Position numbers and translations under genes: made by a program. A DNA stretch of 60,467 nucleotides, counting the filler. It is 5 parts of 5 records of this genome, joined end to end, with 100 filler letters (N's around TTAATTAATTAA, not from the genome) between each part and the next. Parts side by side here need not be neighbours in the genome. Positions count along the whole stretch, not along the records: positions 49,940 to 60,467 come from SRR22947727_3178; 4 more parts are not named here. One strand, 5' to 3'. Positions within the stretch are counted from its first letter, which is position 1, and each line of letters starts with the position of its first letter. The notes below the pieces were generated by a model that was not told where the DNA came from, ran no database searches, and saw only the letters and a list, made by a program, of their open reading frames with translations. This document shows, piece after piece, positions 58,445 through 60,467 of the stretch.

Positions 58445-58957
58445 TCAAAGGGGAGTGAAATATCTCCATGGAATACCAAACGTCGCAAGTGCATGACCAT
58501 TATCGCCCAAATCTGCAGGAAAGACGGCTGCAATCGCTAACTCATCATCCTCAAAGCATGTACGAGATTTAACAACAAAACTAGCTAGATCGTCAGCACC
58601 CCACATCAAGGTCCCCGCTTTTTTTTCTTCTTGATAGTCCGCAAAAACATCTGCGAACTCATTTCCATGCTGACCATTGAGCATCTCATCAATAGCAGCA
58701 TCAGGCCCACGGTCTGGGTAAATATCAAACAATTGACGGATTAAGGGATGATCAATTTTAGTTGAAACACGCAAAACATTTCCCAAACTACCAACTGACG
58801 ATTGCATCAACACGGGTGGCTCAAGTCGAGCATCGATAACAGCAACTGGAAGGTTGAAATCCCATACCAGACGCTCTCTCACATCAGCAGCTATCACAGT
58901 CAGTGGTTGAGAAAACTGCTCCACCAATCGTTTAACGCGGTCTTCTGAAATAGTCAT
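58445..58957 (-). CDS. Hypothetical protein (170 aa)
   Basis: Long ATG-initiated ORF in AT-rich DNA with globular composition; no family recognised. Confidence 0.7.
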   Translation of the reverse strand: MTISEDRVKRLVEQFSQPLTVIAADVRERLVWDFNLPVAVIDARLEPPVLMQSSVGSLGNVLRVSTKIDHPLIRQLFDIYPDRGPDAAIDEMLNGQHGNEFADVFADYQEEKKAGTLMWGADDLASFVVKSRTCFEDDELAIAAVFPADLGDNGHALATFGIPWRYFTPL

Positions 58958-59233
58958 GCATACAAAATAACGCTTAAAAACGACTGCTGTTAAGGCCTAT
59001 CAATTGAGAACAACAGAAGTGCTAACGCCAACGAGCCATCGAATTGCTCAACAGCAACCAAAAGCACAAATCCAGTCTCAATACACTCAGATCCAAAAAT
59101 TGAGACGCAAAGATTAATTCTTCATCAATCAAACATCACAAAGTTGAGAGAATAAAGAGCAATTATTTACATGAAGATTCTAAATAAAATCCACAAGCAA
59201 CACAAGTATGCCCTGGCAGTTTGTTTTAAAAAA

Positions 59234-59350
59234 TCAAACGATTGAATCGGCATACATCCACATGGCTGTCATCACTCCTACAGCAATTGTGATCATCAGT
59301 ACGCTCATGCTGATGGTATTAAAACGAATTCGCCTTTGAATTTCTGCCAT
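59234..59350 (-). CDS. Possible small single-TM protein
   Basis: MAEIQRRIRFNTISMSVLMITIAVGVMTAMWMYADSIV; start uncertain. Confidence 0.4.
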   Translation of the reverse strand: MAEIQRRIRFNTISMSVLMITIAVGVMTAMWMYADSIV

Positions 59351-59762
59351 AATTTTTATGCCTAGAGCTTCCATGACAATACGACGAAAAAAAGATTGTG
59401 ACGAATTCTTATTATTCCTTCGTGAAAGAGTTAACTCAATGGATCCTATCCGAGCAAAAAACCAGTGAGGCCAACGGTTCTCAGCCATTACAAGCCAGGC
59501 CAGATGAGAGGAAACTTGAGCAAAGGCTAGATCCATTGAGCAGTGCGCTCAAAATAGATGGATCAGTGAAGACAGTAACCAGTAATGGATCAAAAAGTCA
59601 ATTCAAATTCAGAGCCATTGATCCAATGCCTCTGAATGCATGTTTTAACAGCTAAGTTTGACCGGCCTTCAAATGCTGAAATGAATTCTGACTCAAGGAC
59701 AAGACCAATTCCAAGAGTATGGAATCAATCATCTGTAGAATTTACCAAGAGACAGCCATGGG

Positions 59763-60149
59763 ATGCAGATTCTCAACCATAAAAATCAGGCCCTCATTAT
59801 CGCACTGCTGGCAGGATTAACGGTACTCAACCCTGTATCTGCAGACGATGAACAAAAGGGAGATCAAATTAACATAGGATTATCAGAAGAACTCAGCAAA
59901 ATCTCAATCAAGAAAATTCGAAAACTGGGAGGCAAAGAGTTTTCCTATCAAAATGCAGACAACAATATTATCCTTGTAAAATGTAATTTAGACATGATCT
60001 TGGTAAAATACTGGTATGTCAATAAGCTGGATAGTTCCACCCCGCAAGAAGCTACAAGCAAGATGCACTGGCATAGGGCAGCTCCCAAATCTCAAACACA
60101 ACGAGAGAGCGAATTATTATGCAGTTCCAACAACAATCAGAGGAATTGA
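59763..60149 (+). CDS. Exported hypothetical protein
   Basis: Signal-peptide-like ALIIALLAGLTVLNPVSA; two Cys residues. Confidence 0.55.
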   Translation: MQILNHKNQALIIALLAGLTVLNPVSADDEQKGDQINIGLSEELSKISIKKIRKLGGKEFSYQNADNNIILVKCNLDMILVKYWYVNKLDSSTPQEATSKMHWHRAAPKSQTQRESELLCSSNNNQRN

Positions 60150-60467
60150 ATCCCCCGCGCGCTAACAAATCAAGACAGATTTAGAATACCGAGCAAACAA
60201 AAAATATTGATAAAATAGCTTACGTTACAACGTAACGTCCGTATTTCATTCAGATTCAAGCACTTTTCTTGTATTTTAATCACACACAGCCAATCAAGCA
60301 AGTGGTCAACTCTTAGACACTTAAAGCTGTTATCACATAGTAGAAGCCTCCAATCATAATGACATTCAAAGAATATTGAATCAATCTCATCCAAAATCAA
60401 AAGCTATAGATATTATTCATTCAAAGCTCCTATCCAAACACATTGCCACCGCCCATATGCCATGCAG

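Noticed and set aside
60170-60400. 76-aa minus-strand ORF and the palindrome ACGTTAC-AAC-GTAACGT at 60222-60238
   Set aside because: The ORF composition looks like translated AT-rich non-coding DNA, and a single short palindrome has no supporting context.

Overview
The window is not one locus. It is five contigs joined by artificial 100-nt spacers (N44-TTAATTAATTAA-N44 at 5936-6035, 14719-14818, 41256-41355 and 49840-49939). Contig 1 (1-5935) and contig 3 (14819-41255) are Rhodobacteraceae/Roseobacter-type DNA: glnE, ybaK, DUF2852, RDD, a Rieske oxygenase and ilvIH; then a sugar-acid catabolic trio, ndk, an ABC-F ATPase, holC-pepA, lptFGD-surA-pdxA-rsmA, prmC-prfA, two ureohydrolases and mazG. 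Contig 2 (6036-14718) is a visibly more AT-rich accessory segment and the best candidate for an interesting system. It holds a gene that closely resembles levoglucosan dehydrogenase (LgdA), inside an operon with an LgdB-like TIM-barrel enzyme, a sugar ABC transporter, an ABM-family protein and the first 13 codons of a second TIM-barrel enzyme. Divergently, a ROK regulator is translationally coupled to a signal-peptide-less paralogue of the transporter's binding protein. The contig ends in what looks like an IS6-family terminus. Contigs 4 and 5 (41356-60467) are marine Synechococcus-type: larC, xth, glcD, hemL, a pgsA-like gene, a CBS protein, an L,D-transpeptidase, pdeM, a GluR0-like K+ channel, an RHH regulator, a PPC-glutaredoxin fusion and an AT-rich tail of small ORFs. 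Non-coding signals include a ~122-bp MITE-like element in two copies, twin palindromic operators upstream of DUF2852, and several short tandem duplications. No rRNA, tRNA or CRISPR array was recognised. All family and taxon calls come from motif recognition by eye; no database search was run.
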